From: Camelus dromedarius
Taxonomy: Eukaryota
Assembly (NCBI RefSeq): GCF_036321535.1
Contig: NC_087436.1
Location: 104,348,001 to 104,412,000, forward strand
DNA length: 64,000 nt
Direction of reading: 5' to 3'
The notes under the pieces are model-generated. The model saw only the letters and a list, made by a program, of their open reading frames with translations. It was not told where the DNA came from and made no database searches. A program made the position numbers and the translations under genes. Positions 1 through 13,537 of the stretch are shown here, piece after piece. The first letter of the stretch is position 1; every line of letters starts with the position of its first letter.

Positions 1-1427
1 CCGGTCCTCCCTCCTCATTGCTATCTAGTCTAGATGCCCCAGGGACAAGGTAGCAAGGCCCAGCTAGGGGGCAAATGAGGTTCTGATGTGCCTATAACCC
101 TGTCAGTATAGGAGGGGCCACAGCATGCAGGTCTCTGAGCTACAAAGCCTATGAATGATTTGCATTGTGAAATAAGGAAACCCCAGCAGGCCAGTCAGGG
201 AAGCAGCCAGCAGGGCAGGATAGTCAGAGGGGATCTGTGGGGCAGATCTACCTGAAACACCACCTCCAGCAGGCAAGCACCAGCAGGCCTGGGCCCACGT
301 GACCCTCCCAGCTTCAGAGGCCAGTGCTCCACTGATGGACTGCACCACCGCCAGGCTGGCCAAAGGCCCAGGAGAAGAATGTGGATCTGCAGCATGTCAA
401 GATTTCACAAAGAGAGAAAGGCAAAAAAGGAGCCTCTTCTATCCATCCCCCGTGTTTGTGAAGTTGGTCAAGAGTGAAGCAACTCAAATAACTTCATGAT
501 TTGTGGCTATGAGGTCTGACATCATCATATCTCATTGTCAGAGTAATGTTTAAATCGCAGATAAAATAAAGAGCATGGGGCTTGAATTATTATGCATAGA
601 TTATTTTAAGAGGCCGTGGTGCCTCTTCCAAAGTCTTGAGGGGGCAGGACCATCTTTGATCTAGTAGCCTGTATTATATCAGTATTCCCCACCTCCCCAC
701 CACCATCTTGGAGTCAAGTTACGAGGGATACATTAGACCCAAGGGAAGAAGCCGTGATGTGAGATGCCGCTGCACTTGGGATCTGATAATCCCCTAATCC
801 AAAAGTGTCTAGCCTGGGTCTCTGTGCTAATCATGCAATATGAAAGGTTCGGTGAAAGGAACCAGTTGCACTGTGTTCATTGCTGTGAAACAAGAGGGGA
901 GAACTGGTAGATTATAGGGAAAAGAAGGGGCGGGGCGGGGGTCACCCTGGCCAATTACTGAGAGTCAGTGTGAGTGAGCAAAGCTGCTTCAGATGAACAG
1001 GGCTGACAGACAAACAGCGCTGCATCCCTCCAGATACCCAACTCCCCTGGTTTCTCTATTTCCCGGACCAGGTCCACACTCAGGAAAACCCAGATGGGGT
1101 TTGTTCTAAGGAGAATATGACTGATAAGAGCCTATTGTGTCCCAATCCTGAACATCTGCTTTTTCACAAGGATGAAAGATGGAATCTGGTGCTTGGAAGG
1201 GAGGACATTCAAAAGCCAAGCAGGAGAGGCTTGGAGGGGGTACATCTTCCAATGCCCCTTATGGATAGCTGCTTCCCGAGCCCCGGAGTTCAGGGAGGCA
1301 CCTGCAGGCATTCTGGCCTTCTGCAGGGCGCAGAGAGGGGAAGTCAGAAAAGGGAAGCCTGGGAAAAGGATCCTATCCCAAGAGAGGGGAAAAAGGAGTT
1401 TTGTTTTGTTTTTTTTAAAGTTTTTAT

Positions 1428-2070
1428 AGTGCAAAGGTGAGAATGTTCGACAAAGCCACTCCGGAAAACAGTTTGGCAATTTCGTAAAAAGTTATATACA
1501 TAAGACTCAGCAATACCACTCCTGGGAATTTGCTCTAGAGGAAGTAAAACATAGGTTCACATAAGAACTTGGACATGAGTGTTCATAGCAGCTCTACTTA
1601 ATTAATTGCCCTAAACTGGAAACAACCTAAATTGTCTTCTGTAGGTGAGTGGATAAATTCTCTGTGCTTCAGCCACACAAAGGCATACTTCTCAGCATGA
1701 AAAGGACAAACTATTGATACACACAACAACTTGAATGGGACTCCAATGCATTATACTGAATGACAGAGACTAGTCTTAAAAGGTTCACACTGTATGGTTC
1801 CCTTTATGTGACATTCTCAAAAGACAGAATGATAGTGATGGAGAGCAGACCAGTGATTACCTGGGGTTGAGGTAGAGGACAGTGTGACTGTAAAGGAAAG
1901 TGAGGGAGGATTTAATGATAATTGAATAGTTCTGTCACTTGATTATGGTAATGAGTACACAAAATCTACACATACCCTAAAATTCATAGAACTCTATATA
2001 TACACCCACAAAAGTCGATTTTACCATATGATAACTTTAGACTTTAAAAAAATGTATTAATACATCTAAA
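1428..2070 (+). mobile_element. Old L1 (L1MB/MC-type) 3' fragment
   Basis: Typical L1 3' motifs GGAAAACAGTTTGGCA, CAGCAATACCACTCCTGGG, AACTGGAAACAACC, AAATTCATAGAACT. Confidence 0.75.
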
Positions 2071-2130
2071 AAAGAAGTACTCTAGATGGCTTATGAAGAC
2101 CTGGGTATCATTTTTCAGCAGCTATGACAG

Positions 2131-2199
2131 TCATCCATCTATCCATTCACCCACCATCCATCCATGCATCCATGCATCAATGCATCCATGCATCCATGC
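2131..2199. repeat. (CATC)n/(CATGCATC)n simple repeat
   Basis: Seen directly. Confidence 0.85.
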
Positions 2200-2974
2200 T
2201 AGGTAGATATTAAGGATGCGTAGACAGAAGATAGAGTTTCTGGTGACAAGGAACTCATCTATTGAAGGAAATCACACCTCATACACATAACTTGAACATG
2301 GTTTCATAGGTGTGTACATGGTGGGATGGAGGTGCCAAGAAGGGGACTCCAAATCAGACTGGGAAAGTCAGAGATGGCCTTGCCACCCAGAGCCTCTGTT
2401 TCTTTATTTGAAAGTTTAGAGGAAATAGTTCTTCCTGTCCTACCTATTCTAGAGGCTAGTAGAGGGAATCAAGTTCATGAGCAGGTCTCTGACCTGTAGA
2501 GCATGGTTGTTCAGAGAGTCTTATGACCATTCAGACCACTCAGAGGGAAATGTTTGGTCTCTTGAAACAAACGGGTGGTTTTAAGAGCAATGATGTTGTG
2601 GTTAATGTGATAGCAGGAAGAAGACGGATGTCTCTGCATCTTCCCAAGCTGTTATGAAAAATGTTTTTTATAAATTTGCTTTAAAAGTTTTTTCAATAAA
2701 AACAATTTTACTTCTATTCAGGCTTTCCCCTGCTGTGCTAACAATTTGATTTCTACAACATTGGCTGGAAGTGAAAATAAAATAGACCTATTCTGGAATT
2801 TATAAACTAAAATCAGGTGTGATGTTTTCCTACATTCATCCTAAAAGATCTTTCAGGTTTTCATTTTTGTTTTCCTGTAAAAAACAGATCTATAACCATG
2901 GGGTAAAAGTTGAAGGTAGGCATTATTTTTAGTTATACATGGAAGAATCTTTAAAGATTGTCAATGAATAATAG

Positions 2975-3170
2975 TAATAATAAATTTTGAGCGCTTATTA
3001 TATGCCAGGCACTGGGCCAAGCATTTTATAGTCATATAAGCGTGTATAACAACAACCCTAAAGGTAAGTGCTACTTCCAGTTCGCAGATGAGGACTCACG
3101 CTCCGAGGGTAAGTATTTATTCAAGTCATTCAGAAAGTCAATGTTAGAGCCAGGAGTTTAATCCAGATGT
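2975..3170 (-). mobile_element. MIR
   Basis: GCCAGGCACTG...CAGATGAGGA...GAGCCAGGA core. Other MIR relics at ~4360, 9070, 11760, 15380, 25690, 32550, 33100, 36170, 36780, 45440, 55040. Confidence 0.65.
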
Positions 3171-3199
3171 GCATATTACAAGCACAAGAGACAGATGGA

Positions 3200-4090
3200 C
3201 AGAAAATATTTGAAACATACTAATATATGCTTAGTGTCAGAGTATAAGAGAGAGCTCATAAGTCAATGGCATAAAAGAAAGTGCATAGAAAAATGAGCAA
3301 AAGAAATGAGCAGGTCACTCACGAAAGAAAAAACACAAGTGATCAATAGAATGCCAAAAGATGCTCAACATCATTAATAATCAAAAATGCAAAATAAAAT
3401 TTTCCCATCAGATTAGGGAAAATTGAAATGATTGGTAAAAGTCATGACTGAATGTGGTTAAATACAGATCTTGTACATTGTTGGAGGGCTGCAAACTGAT
3501 ATTGCTCTTTTCCAGGGAAATTTGGTGGTATTTTTCTTTTATATTTAAAAAATGCACATATTCTATGACCCAGAATCCCAGAGTTTTGGTGTCCTTCTAG
3601 ACAAACACTGGCTCACACACTTGAAAAATCTGTATGAAAGTGTTCACTGTGGCTTTGTCTGGAAGAGCAAAAATCTTAAAACAATCTAAAGTCACTTAGA
3701 CTTTAAAGTAAGTAAATGGTAATAGTGTGGTGCATCCACGTTATGGAATACTACACAGTAGCTTAAAAGGATACGGCAGATCTAACTAGGCTGAAAAACC
3801 TCTAAGACGACTCTTAAGTGAAAAAAAAGCAAGTTGGAGATAAAAAGATATAACACAGTGTCATTTTTGTAAACTCCCCAGTAGCATGCAGCCATACCAA
3901 GTAATTGCCATGAGTACCTAGAGAGGTAGTTAATGTACAGAAAATGGATATAAAATGATGACCGTCGTTACTTCTAGGAAGGGTCCTGGAATTAATTGGC
4001 CAAAAGGAATTTAGATATTACGCCTAATGTTTGATTTTCACTAATGAACATGTACTCCAATGTTAGTTCTTAATTAATAATTAAAACTTT
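3200..4090 (+). mobile_element. Old L1 (L1ME-type) fragment
   Basis: Degenerate ORF2-end/3'UTR motifs (AAAGATGCTCAACATCATTAATAATC, TATGACCCAG, ATGGAATACTAC). Confidence 0.6.
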
Positions 4091-5454
4091 AAAAACGATA
4101 ACAACAAAGACAGAAACCAGGCATGTCTGATTCCAAACCCTAAGGATATTGTCACATTGGTTGTCAACCTGTGGTTTACGGTTAGATTTTGGCAAGTCCA
4201 TAAACGTCCTGAAAGTGTGCACAGCTGTGCATGTTTTGAGGCATGTGAGCTTTTCCTTAGGCGGAAACTCATAATATCGGATTCAAAAGGAGGATTTATA
4301 ACCCAAAGAAGATCAGAAACAAATCTAGTGGAACATGTTCCTTTCTGGCTGTGGTTTTGGGGAAAGTTACTCAGCCTCTCTGGGAAATGGGGATCATAGT
4401 AGTTCCTCCCTCCCTCAGGGGCTAATGTGAGTACTACATGAGTCAATGTGTATCAAGTTCTTGAAACAGAAGTCAATAAATACTAGCCATTATTATTACT
4501 TTCATTGTTGCTGCTATATTATTAATGGCTTGGAAAGAGCCCTTCGCTCAAGAGACTTGACTTCTGAAAACAGTTCTATCACAATTAAAACAAGGAAGAT
4601 AATTCTATGCAGTGTGGAAAATCCCACAATTTCAGACTCCTAAGTTTTCCTCTGTCTAGAAGAATGATAAAATGACATTAGATGACATCAATCCTCCCAT
4701 CTGCTCATGCATTTACCCAAGAAACATTTAGTGAATGCTTACAATGCGCTAGACATCGTAGGAACAGCTGGAGATGTAATTGCGGCAAATGTGGCCAACA
4801 GGGTCCTGCCTGCAAGGAGCTCGTCGCCCCTGAGGAGACAGGAGGAAGGCGAATTACACCACCGCAGACTGGCTGCTCAGGTGCTGTAATTACTCTGTGA
4901 CCTGTTAGTACCTTTCTAAGATAACTGAGTTTCAAATCTAAGCTTGCATTATTGACAGGCATAGAAATCAGATTTTTAAATCCTTAAATCTGACACTTCT
5001 CCTTTAATGTATTAGGCCGTGAGGGGGGCTGAGATCAAGAGTTCTGTTCTGACCCTACTTTCAGTGGTAATTAGGCCAGATCAGCATTATGGTGCTTAAA
5101 CATTTCAAGGCACTCGTGCTTCCAACTGCTTTCACGTTTAGTCCAGTTAATGGATTCCGTAGCTGTTAGAATCCCAAAATAGCAAGTGGACACGTGGGTG
5201 GACCAGATGCCAGCAGCCACAGCTCTCTAAAAGCTTCCGGTAAGAGCAGTGTTGCTGGCTCCCCACACCTCTGAGGCATGTGAACCCCAGGTTTTTAGTG
5301 ACCTCCCAGGGTGTGGCAGCCTCTTCCTGGCATAACTGGAACACACTGAACAACGGTAATCACAATGGAGTAAGACATCTGGCCGGCAGGGTTGGGACAC
5401 AGACCTCCCATCACATCCGGCTTTTTGCATCCACTGACATCCCCGGGAACTCTG

Positions 5455-5672
5455 GATTTTTTTTTTTCCCTTTTTCTTTCTTTTCTCTTTAAATTAAACT
5501 ATAGTCAGTTTATAATGCTGTGTTAATTTCCGGGGTACAGCACAGCGATTCACTTATACATATATATTCCTTCTCATTATAGGTTACTACAAGCCACTGA
5601 ATACAGTTCCCTGTGCTCTACAGTAGGATCCTGTTGTTTATCTATTCTGTATTTAGTAGTTTCTATCTGCCT
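5455..5672 (-). mobile_element. Artiodactyl-type L1 3' end
   Basis: T-rich tail then ...GGTACAGCACAGCGATTCA...GTTCCCTGTGCT...TGTTTATCTATT; related to the 58941-59198 copy. Confidence 0.7.
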
Positions 5673-7861
5673 GTCCCAGGGCTTTGGTCTTTTAACTTAG
5701 GGAGGAGGAAGGCGTTCGGGTGGGGGAGTGCAGCAGGAGAGTGGGAGATGGGGAGGAGGGGGCCAGCGTGACCTTTGCATGGGATTTGAGGACTGAAGCT
5801 GATGGAACAGTTTTCACAGGAGGCTTTCTGAGGTTCTTGCCCAAATAGAGCCATTCAGGTGCTCGGTTCCCATCTCTGCCCAAGGACTGGCCACGGCAGA
5901 GATGGATGGGGACAGCATCCTTTCCACGGCCTGTGGCGTTCTCCTGTGGGATTCCAGTGCTTGCAAGGGTAGTGTATGTCCACAGCGGGATCCAGGGTGG
6001 GAGGCAAAGTGACAGATGTCATGAGGGAACAGTAGTTAAGAGAACAGCATGGAGGTGCCCTAGAGACCTGCTTTGAGGACTCCCACACTAATTGGAGGGC
6101 ACTCTGCGGTGGGGCAGCGGGTCTAATTCCTGGGACTCTGACTCCCTCATAGGTAAAATGGGATAATCGAAGCCACCTCACGAGGTTGTGTGAGGAAAAG
6201 CACCTCATGCTCAGTGAGGGAATGTTCATGCTCAATAAATGGTGCTTTTATCACACAACTCTCTAGTGTCAAACAGAACTTTCGCACACATACCCCATCC
6301 CATGGCATCCTTACATGAGCCTGAGGGGTTCTTCTCATAATCGACACTTTACGAATGAGGATCTGAAATTTAGAACCATGAAGGTCAAGGGTGGAGCCCA
6401 ACTGAAACCAGGTCATAGAGCTGGCACAGAAAGGACACACGCTGGGGTCCTGGCGTGTTCCTCTCCTAGCAGTTGCCCACCGATGTCCTGCTCTGAGTGG
6501 TCCCTGGAGACCCCACGGAAGAGTGGGAAAATTCTAAGCTACTTGTATTTTGCCCTCCTGCTGACTCTCAAGTTATGGGATCCTCTGCCCCCATGTGTCT
6601 CCCCCAGTGTCCATCATAGACTGTGAAATTCCATCTGGAAATTCACACCCTTGGGTCTTAAGCCCCTTCCACATCTGTGCTGAGGACCAGACGGGGTGGC
6701 AGTAAGTCAGTTGTTGGTCTCTGTTCTCATCAGACTCTGAGAATTGTTCTGATGGTATTTGTACTGTCCTGTAATGAAACGAGTGCAGATGTTGGCACCA
6801 GTCCTACTTGGGTCTGAAACTGATGCTGCATTTCCAGTCTCTTTGTATCTTATCCTCATCTACCAAAAGAAATTATAATAATAGATAATTATTACTTCCT
6901 GGAGGTTTCACAAGGAATAATGCTGGACACTTCAGTGGAGGAGTTACTACAGTGATGAGCAAAATGGACATGGCCCTTGTCTTCACGGAGCTTCAGGGCG
7001 GTGGAGAGACATGGTGATCCCACAACCTCACCAATGTAATATACAGGCCATAGTGTGTGCTGTGTACCATGCACAGTAAATGAAAGAGAGGAGACCTGTA
7101 TGAACATCCAACAGAGAAACTGGTTCAGTCTGGGTCCTGGGGAGAGTTCCCTGAGAAGGTGACATCAGAGAGTGGGGGTGAAGGAGGGTGAGACAGAGCA
7201 GCTGGGGCAGGAGAACCATGTGTGCCAAGACTCTGGGGAAGAGAGTGGATCCGGAATGTGGCCCAGGAGGGGGAAGAAAGCACGCAGGGCACCTGCAGAG
7301 CAGGGGAGTGGGGCGGGGGGAAGACTGTAAGATAAAGCCATGAAGGGAGGCAGAGACCATCCATTCTGAATTGGGCTGGAGAGTTGGAGGTAGACAACGA
7401 CATTCTGGTCTGTGTTCTTCAAACACCACTCAGGTTACTGCATGGAGAAGGAAAGGGAAAGGTCAAGGGAAAGTCAGGACCTCAGTTAAGGGTAATGTGC
7501 ACGGGGGTACAGCAGTGGAGATGGAGAGATGTGAGGTAATTGGAAAGAAACTTATCTTCAATCTGAGAAATAATGAAGCAGTTTGGTTAAGTCTCAGTAA
7601 GGGGAAGGGCGGTGGCAATTAAGAGAATAAGAATAAGAGAACAACTAAGAGAATAAGAATAAGAGAATAAAAGCCACAAGTCTGCAAACTGGAAAGCTGC
7701 TTGGAGAGGGCCTTGAAGAGTGGAAGACTTTGGTTAGGTGGGAAGGGGTGGCTGGGGACTAAGAGCAAAGTTGGTGAACTGAACCCTACCACGATGTATC
7801 CTGACTGCAGTTGAGAAGCGTGAGAAAAGATAAAATGAAATATGCAGACTCTAATTCACAG

Positions 7862-8260
7862 TGTTTTAATCAGGATTAGGTTGCAATTGGCAGAAAACCC
7901 TAAATAACATCGGCTTAAAAAAATTAATTTATTCTTCTTTCTCACATAAATGAAGTCTGGAAGTAAGCAGTAAGGAGTCCAGGGCTGGCTAGCATATAAA
8001 TTCTAAGACCATGAAGAATCCAGGTTTCTGTTATACTCAACACTTCACCCCCACCTCGGGGTACAAGATGGCTGCTCCAGCTCTAGTGCTCACGTCTTCA
8101 TTCTCACCAGAGGAAGGGTGAAAATGAAAGAAAGGGTACATGCCTTCTTTATAAAGAGACTTTTCAGGAGCTGTGTATTCATTTCTGCCTACTTCCCATT
8201 GGCCAGATTTCGTCATAGAGCCACATTTAGCTGCAAAGGAAGCTGGCAATATACAATATT
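7862..8260 (-). mobile_element. Old MaLR LTR (MLT1J/K-like)
   Basis: CAAGATGGCTGCTCCAGCTC, CCCATTGGCCAGA, TAGCTGCAAAGGAAGCTGG motifs. Confidence 0.65.
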
Positions 8261-10849
8261 AATTCTAGGCCGTTACGCACCCCTGAGGGTGCCGATGTAC
8301 ATCAAATGCCTCAAAAATATATGTGCACAAGTGTCACTACAGGGTCACTTATAAAAGCTGAAGGCTACAAATAATAACTAAATATCCAATTGTGTGGAAA
8401 TCATTAAATAAACTGGAGTACTTATTCTTTTTTTTTTGGAGTATATATTCTTAATGAAATGATAGAAATCTCTAAAAATAATACTATGGAGAAATACATG
8501 ATGATACAATAATGCTAAGGGAAAATAATGAATCTACAAAATAGTATGGACAGATGGATGTAAAACACTTGTTACATTCTCTGGATGATGAGATTGTGGA
8601 TTTTTTTTTAAACTTTTTAATCTAAATTTAAAAAAATACATTTTCCAGAACACTACAAAAACCCTATTTTCCAGTTTGAGGGAAAATACTGTCTTAAAAA
8701 CACATTTGCAAAAAGTGATAGGTAGAATGAACACCATATAGAGTATGATTCCAAACTTGCTTTTTATTATTAAAAATTTTTTTGCTACATATTGCAAGTA
8801 TTTTTATTCTCACTTTTCAGAGAAGCAAACAGTAGTATTAAGAGTTTAAATTATATCTTCATTTCCTAATTCAATGTCTCCACACATCAGATGCACTAGA
8901 TTTTCCAAATTTGCTTTTTAAAAACTGTGTTTAGAGGTAAAGGCTGGATGGATGTCCATGAAATCACTAACAAATGTTATCTTGAAGAAGTTGCATTAAG
9001 TATGATTTTGATGTTCCAATCAACATGAAACATGGCTTATTATTATCATCATCATCATTATTATTATTTACTGAGCCCAAGACATGCCAAACACTCTGCT
9101 GGGTGCTTTACATGCACCATGACAAGTAATGTCCCAGCAGCCTCCTGAGGTAGACGTTACCTCTATTAACCCATTTTACAGGTGAGGAAATGGAGACAGA
9201 GAGGAAAAGCTATTTGCCCAAGCTCAGCCATGACTCGCTAAGTGATATCCTGGCCAGACAGACAGGCATGGTGCTCGCCTTCCTCTGCAGCAAGGAGGGT
9301 TTTTTTTAATTCATCAGAAAGGATCCACCAGGATTTCTCAAGGAGGACAGCCAGTGGGAGAAGAGCTCTGGGGGGTGGTGGCACACAGACCTCTGAGGGC
9401 AGCAGGGCTGCACCAGCACCTCGGTGTCCATGCTCCTGGGGAACCCAGCATGGCCAGTGCAAGGCGAGGAGGGAAGGGAGTCCCAGTCAGGCCTTTCCAG
9501 AAATCTGAGACGGTTAGAAGAAGGAAAAGAGGAAGATCCTAGCAGGCAGCAGTCTGGGTGAGTTTGGGAAGAGAATGAGGAATAAGGAATTTAAAGAGTG
9601 ACATTCGGAGCAGCAGAGCGGGAGCAAATTGTAGACAAGGGGCAAGAGGATTTTAAGAAATGTCAGACTGCCCTAGGGACTGAATCTCCTGCAACACGCA
9701 ATTACCGGTTAACTACCTCTGGCTTCTGAACTGAGTTTCTCTGAGGATAAATCACATGGGGACCTGAAATATATCTGTGCAATATTTATACTCTTTTATA
9801 TTTTTCTTTATTTAAAAAATTGCAGTGAGCATGTGATTAATGTTATCATGAGGGAAAAATATACATCTTTTCAGTGTTTTAGAACAACTGTTTCTCAAGA
9901 TGGAGAATGGTTTGGGGGAGCAGCTACCAGTGTCTTTCTCCAGGAGCCCACTGAGATTGCTCATGTTCCATCTTCCTAGGGCAGCGTTTGCCAGAAGGGA
10001 GTTCCCAGCACCCAAAGGGTTTGTGGACCGCAGGAGGCACCCAAACGGTGTGTCCCGAAGGAAAGGGAGGCACTTAAACCATTTCAATTCAATTTAGCAT
10101 CTTTTTTACCAGTTCTGGATCTGCGCCCCATCAGAGGATAGGGCTCCGTGGCGAGAAGGCTGCTTCTGTTTTGCCCCATCTGTTTATGACCTGAGAATTT
10201 CCTGAGGGTGGGATTCCATCTATGTGCCTTAGGGCTTATCCCCAACACCTGACACAGTGCCTGGCACTCAGGCGGCTTTCAATACATGTGTGCTGAGGAA
10301 TTAAATCAGGGCTAACACCCTGAGAAATGCATCAGCTCTTCCCTAAAAGCCCTAATGTCTCTGATTGGAGTTCTTTCTTGTTAAATTTAACTCTACAGCT
10401 TGGAAACCCAAGAGTGAAAAACCCAGAGTTGACTAGGAAAAGAACCAATACAACAGAGACATAAAGGGATAGACTAAGCCATGCTACCTCGGCTCTCCTG
10501 ACTTTTCACTCCTTACTCATTTCCATTTCCTGAGCACATACTGTGTGCCAGGCACGGCACTGGGATGCTGGAGATATGAACCCTTAACCCAGCCTTGATA
10601 ATGCGGGTCAACAGAGCATCTGTAGGATTAATCTTATCCTCTAATAATAATAATTAGAGCCCAGCCCTATGTTCCAGGTATTGTTTGAGGTGCTTTCTGT
10701 GCGTTACTCTGTTTCTAGGTAGTGTGACATTATGTTTTACAGATGAGCAAGCTGAGACTCAGAAAGGTCATCTGTTCACGTTCTGCAGCTGGTGGGAAGA
10801 CCGGGCTTAGGTCTCTGCTGTCTGACGCCTGCACTCATGCTCTCAACGG

Positions 10850-11040
10850 CTTCCAGGGAGCTTCCTGAGAGGCAATCCTGAGATCACTGGCCTCTGAATC
10901 ACCGGCGATGCTGGATGAAAATGCAGAGTCCAGGCCTGGGGCTGAAGGATCAGAATCCCTGGGAGGGGAGCCTTGGAATCCCCATTTTTCAACCCATTCA
11001 CCCGGGTGATCAGATTTGCGCTAAAGTTTGTAAAGCACAG
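10850..11040. mobile_element. MER5-like DNA transposon
   Basis: ATCAGAATCCCTGGGAGGGGAGCC...GGTGATC...AAAGTTTG; similar relics at ~33380-33570, ~42520-42680 and ~54730-54900. Confidence 0.55.
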
Positions 11041-12339
11041 CACTCAGATGTGCCACGCTTGCCCCTTGTGAGTTTATGAAATCTCTAGTACCCATCCACC
11101 CTTGCCTCCTGCTAACAGATGACCAGACGGATAGACAGGGAGGGAGAAGGGCAAAAAGAGTGAAGGAAGGAGGGAGGGAGGGACCTGCTTCAAATTTGGC
11201 TCCATTTCAATTCAGGGCAGGCTGATACGGAGCCCTCTGCTCTTCTGCTCTTGGACCCACAGCAGCGTTCTCCCTGAAGTGGCTGAAGCAGCAGCCCATG
11301 GACCAGAGGACCCTCAGCAGGAAGCACCCTCTAAGGATGGAGATGTCAGCCCAGTTAAAGCAGCTGAAGCAGCCAGCTGCGAGGCACAGCAGTGTAGTGG
11401 AATTTAGCCATGCTCAAGGCTCAAACCCTGAATGTCCATTTCTCCCCAAATCAGGGCAGTACTGCACGGGGTCCCCTCCTGGTGGGCAGGGTCTGTATCA
11501 ATCTGCAGACTGGGAAGACTCAGCCAACAGGAACTGTGGCAGAAAGGAGAGGCAGAGACAGGGGTTCTGGCTCCAGACACGCTCCAGGACACTAGACTGA
11601 CGAAGAAAGCGCTACGCCAGAGGGAGGGGAGGAGGACGTGGTGCCGGTCCACGAGGGTGTCACCGCTGGTTCTCACTGACAAATCACGTGGCCACTCTGG
11701 GTCAATTTCCTTGAGTGTAAAGGGAAAGGAACAGTAATTATTATTACCATCTGTGATTTATTGAATACTTGTTGTGTGTCCAGCATTGTCTTGGGGCCAT
11801 CAGTCATTCATAACAAATAGCTATGAGGTTATCTGGTCCTCATTTGACGGAAGAAGGAAATGAGTCTTAGGTTAAGAAGCTTGCCCAGGATTTCCCAGCA
11901 GGTAACCAGTGGAGCCAAGATTTGATCCCAGGTTGGTCTGATGCCAAAGCCTGTCCTCTTAATAATTACTGAGAGCTTCTCCAACATTCCTGCCATTCCT
12001 AGTTTCAATGACTAAGGGCCTCCGACAGGAGCTGTTCATGGCTTCCTCAGCCTGGATGGTAAAAATGCCCATTAGTTCATCTGGGTCCAGCAGGGATTCA
12101 GCAGAGGCATAACACAGAGCTCTGTCGACTGAGTTATCAACACACAAGGGGCCCCAGAGGTGTCTAGAGCAGGTCTCAGCTGGGCCAGGCAGCGTGGGAG
12201 AAACACTGGGCCCGCCGCTGTCACCTGCTTTCCCAAAGGTCTCAACTGAGGAGCCCACGTGTACAGTGGAGCTGGAGGAGATTTCAAGCACCGGAAAGCC
12301 TCACAGAAAATCCAGAGCCCCAGGCCAGCTCCTCTCTCT

Positions 12340-12757
12340 AACCTCACCTCCCACCCCTTGCCCCTCATTCACTCCTACTTCTAACTGTTCCTCAAAAAGG
12401 CCAAACGCATTCCCACCTCAGGGCCTTTGCTCTTGCTGTGACCCTCTGCCAAAAAGTCTGCTCCTCCTGCTTCGAAGAATCTTTCCCTAGATCTTCACAA
12501 GCCTTCCTTCTCCCTGTCATCTGGGTCTCAGTTCATGGTCACATCCTCTGGGAGTCCTTGCCTGACCACTCTGTCTAAATTAGTACCCAGATCTGCTCCT
12601 CTCCCTTACACTTTCCTGCTTGACTTCCTTTGTGGTGCTTTATACATCCAAAATGACCTTGTTCGCTGCTTGCTTATATGTTTAGAGAAGTACCTGGCAA
12701 ATGGTTGACTCTCAGTGAACGTGGGCTGAATGAATGGACGAATGAATAAACAAATGA
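12340..12757 (+). mobile_element. L2 3' end
   Basis: CCCACCTCAGGGCCTTTGC...CCTGACCACTCTGTCTAAA...(TGAA)n terminus. Confidence 0.7.
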
Positions 12758-13099
12758 ACGGAAATTCTTACGAAGTGTTTTTGTAATAACGATCCAGGAA
12801 CCTGTATTTAAAAGTGCCCGCCTCCTTTCAGTTAACAAGGGCAGAGACCACAAGAAATAACCCTGTGGTTGGTAACAACTTAACAACCAGCTGACACTGA
12901 TATCCACACACACTGCTGGGCACGCTTCCAAAGCTAAAAAGGCACTAATTGCTTTTATATAAGGAGGCAGAAATGCAGTCCCTCCGTGTCCTTTAGTCCT
13001 GATGGTCTGCATTGTGGTATCTGTTACTGTGTTCATTGTTTCTGTCTCACAGTTGGGGCTTTCTCCTGCAAACGTCTGGGATGGTGACAGGTCCCCAGA

Positions 13100-13537
13100 C
13101 AGAGAAGAGAGGTACTGGGGAAGCACGTGTGTCTGCGTCCATGCGTATGTGTATCCACGCACGTGTGCATGTGTGTGGCAAAGCAGCGACGCTCCGGGAA
13201 GGGTTAACTTGCAGTCAGGCCGCATGTGCTCAGGGCCCTCCGGCTGGCCTGGGAATGGAAAGGGGTGGGCCTGGAAGGTGGGAGCGGGCTTGGCTCGCAT
13301 GAGCTGCCCTTTCCAAGACAGGAGTGCAGATGCTTGCCCAGCTGGACTGAGCGTGCTGAACTCACGTCGCCTTGGAGAATGGCTGCAGAAGCCCACACCT
13401 GGACATCACCCCCTGCACCCGCTGCCCCTCCACGGCAGGTTGCATTTGGGAGCCTCTCTGGCCGGTCATTAGAGGAGTGAGCCGAGAGGGAGCCGTTCGC
13501 GGGCTCACCGGCACTTGGTGGAAAGCAGCAGGCAAGG
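13100..13537 (+). promoter_or_regulatory. CCKAR: CCKAR proximal promoter and 5'UTR
   Basis: Locally CpG/GC-enriched non-repeat sequence immediately upstream of the ATG with E-boxes (CACGTG 13124, 13160) and a GT/GC-box (GGGGTGGGC ~13262); no clear TATA box; TSS not determinable from sequence. Confidence 0.6.

Noticed and set aside
12674..13396. 240-aa ORF on - upstream of CCKAR (and overlapping + ORFs 13002-13472)
   Set aside because: No recognisable domain, spans an L2 tail and a simple repeat, starts at a non-ATG codon; consistent with chance.
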